Source: an uncultured Candidatus Saccharibacteria bacterium (GTDB taxonomy: Bacteria; Patescibacteriota; Minisyncoccia; UBA6257; 2-01-FULL-56-20). From it: a stretch of DNA of 33,220 bases. Every line of letters begins with the position of its first letter. Position 1 is the stretch's first letter. The DNA is taken from contig CAZELH010000001.1 in assembly GCA_964513095.1 (NCBI GenBank), forward strand, positions 1 through 33,220. The letters run 5' to 3'. Below, one piece after another: positions 32,667-33,220 of the stretch. Below the pieces are notes generated by a model. The model had not been told where the DNA came from and searched no databases. It saw only the letters and a list, made by a program, of their open reading frames with translations. A program made the position numbers and the translations under genes.

Positions 32667-33220
32667 ATGAATAAAAAATTTAAAATCGCGATCGCATTTT
32701 TTACCGCAATCACCGCCTTTGCAATATCGTTTTGGTATGTAAAAACAAATTCTCTGCAACAGCAGATAACAAACAGTCACGTAAAAGAATACAGGAATGA
32801 AAAAATCGGCATCACCTTTGTATACCCTACTACTTATTTTCTAGAAGAGAAAAATATCGGATCAGGTGAACGAGAAATACAGCAGATAGAACTTACCGAC
32901 GATACCGAAGAAAATCGCTTGGTGCGTGAAGGAAAAACCCCTCCTCGCGAAGGCCCCACCGCGATCACCATAACGGCATATCAAAACAACCGCGACAATC
33001 AAACGGTTGAAGAATGGGTCAAAAATACCAGTGCCTCGAATTTCAAACTGTCTCCCGATGGAGTACTCAAAAAAACAACGATCGCTAAAAATATCCCCGC
33101 TCTTTCATACCGGTGGTCTGGCTTGTACGAAGGGCGCACGATCGTCTTTGCCCATAACGACTATATAGTAGCCATGTCAGTTACCTATCTCACCCCACAA
33201 GACGCAATCCTCAAAGATTT
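32667..33220 (+). CDS. hypothetical anchored or secreted protein, partial (runs off right edge)
   Basis: My hand translation is stop-free to the window end: MNKKFKIAIAFFTAITAFAISFWYVKTNS...EGKTPPREGPTAITITAYQNN... It has an N-terminal TM helix and is not in the supplied track. Confidence 0.6.
   Translation, partial: MNKKFKIAIAFFTAITAFAISFWYVKTNSLQQQITNSHVKEYRNEKIGITFVYPTTYFLEEKNIGSGEREIQQIELTDDTEENRLVREGKTPPREGPTAITITAYQNNRDNQTVEEWVKNTSASNFKLSPDGVLKKTTIAKNIPALSYRWSGLYEGRTIVFAHNDYIVAMSVTYLTPQDAILKD

Noticed and set aside
32174-32780. The - strand ORFs at 32174-32524 and 32550-32780
   Set aside because: They lie antisense to + strand genes that have an SD and terminators. The second also spans a terminator and the start of the 32667 gene.
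1-33220. Alternative genetic code (UGA recoding, as in some CPR lineages)
   Set aside because: Several well-supported genes end at TGA (for example 10172 and 19037), and no conserved protein requires read-through of an in-frame TGA.

Overview
This is a gene-dense 33.2-kb chromosomal segment that uses the standard genetic code, since TGA serves as a stop (for example at 10172 and 19037). It carries many small orphan membrane or secreted proteins, and its core genes lack Shine-Dalgarno (SD) sequences. The long intergenic regions are packed with hairpin repeats. This style is consistent with a CPR/Patescibacteria-like genome, but that is inference only. Recognisable core genes are rpmA, rplI, an S41 C-terminal-processing protease, def-fmt, an Fe/Mn superoxide dismutase (SOD), an AlkD-like DNA alkylation repair protein, and eno-gpmA. 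Others are a class-II glutamine amidotransferase (GATase) operon, a GIY-YIG protein, DUF2177, DUF2585, DUF1801 and DUF3298 proteins, a nucleoside-phosphorylase-family protein and TspO. A copper cluster encodes a small Cys/His/Met membrane protein, an HMA-permease-cupredoxin-like fusion and CopA. The most interesting accessory content falls into four groups. (1) An AT-rich three-gene operon lies 8 nt downstream of tRNA-Gln(UUG): a NucS/DUF91-like PD-(D/E)xK nuclease, then a Type III Mod, then a Type III Res. (2) Two tandem, diverged paralogous genes each have their own promoter, terminator and a 20-nt perfectly conserved 5'-leader core followed by a hairpin of different sequence. (3) Four long intergenic regions are mosaics of shared hairpin modules. 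(4) There are two translation-initiation styles: a -10 box sits 6-10 nt from the ATG of core genes, whereas orphan genes have long leaders with strong SD sequences. All family assignments come from motifs read by eye; no database search was run.
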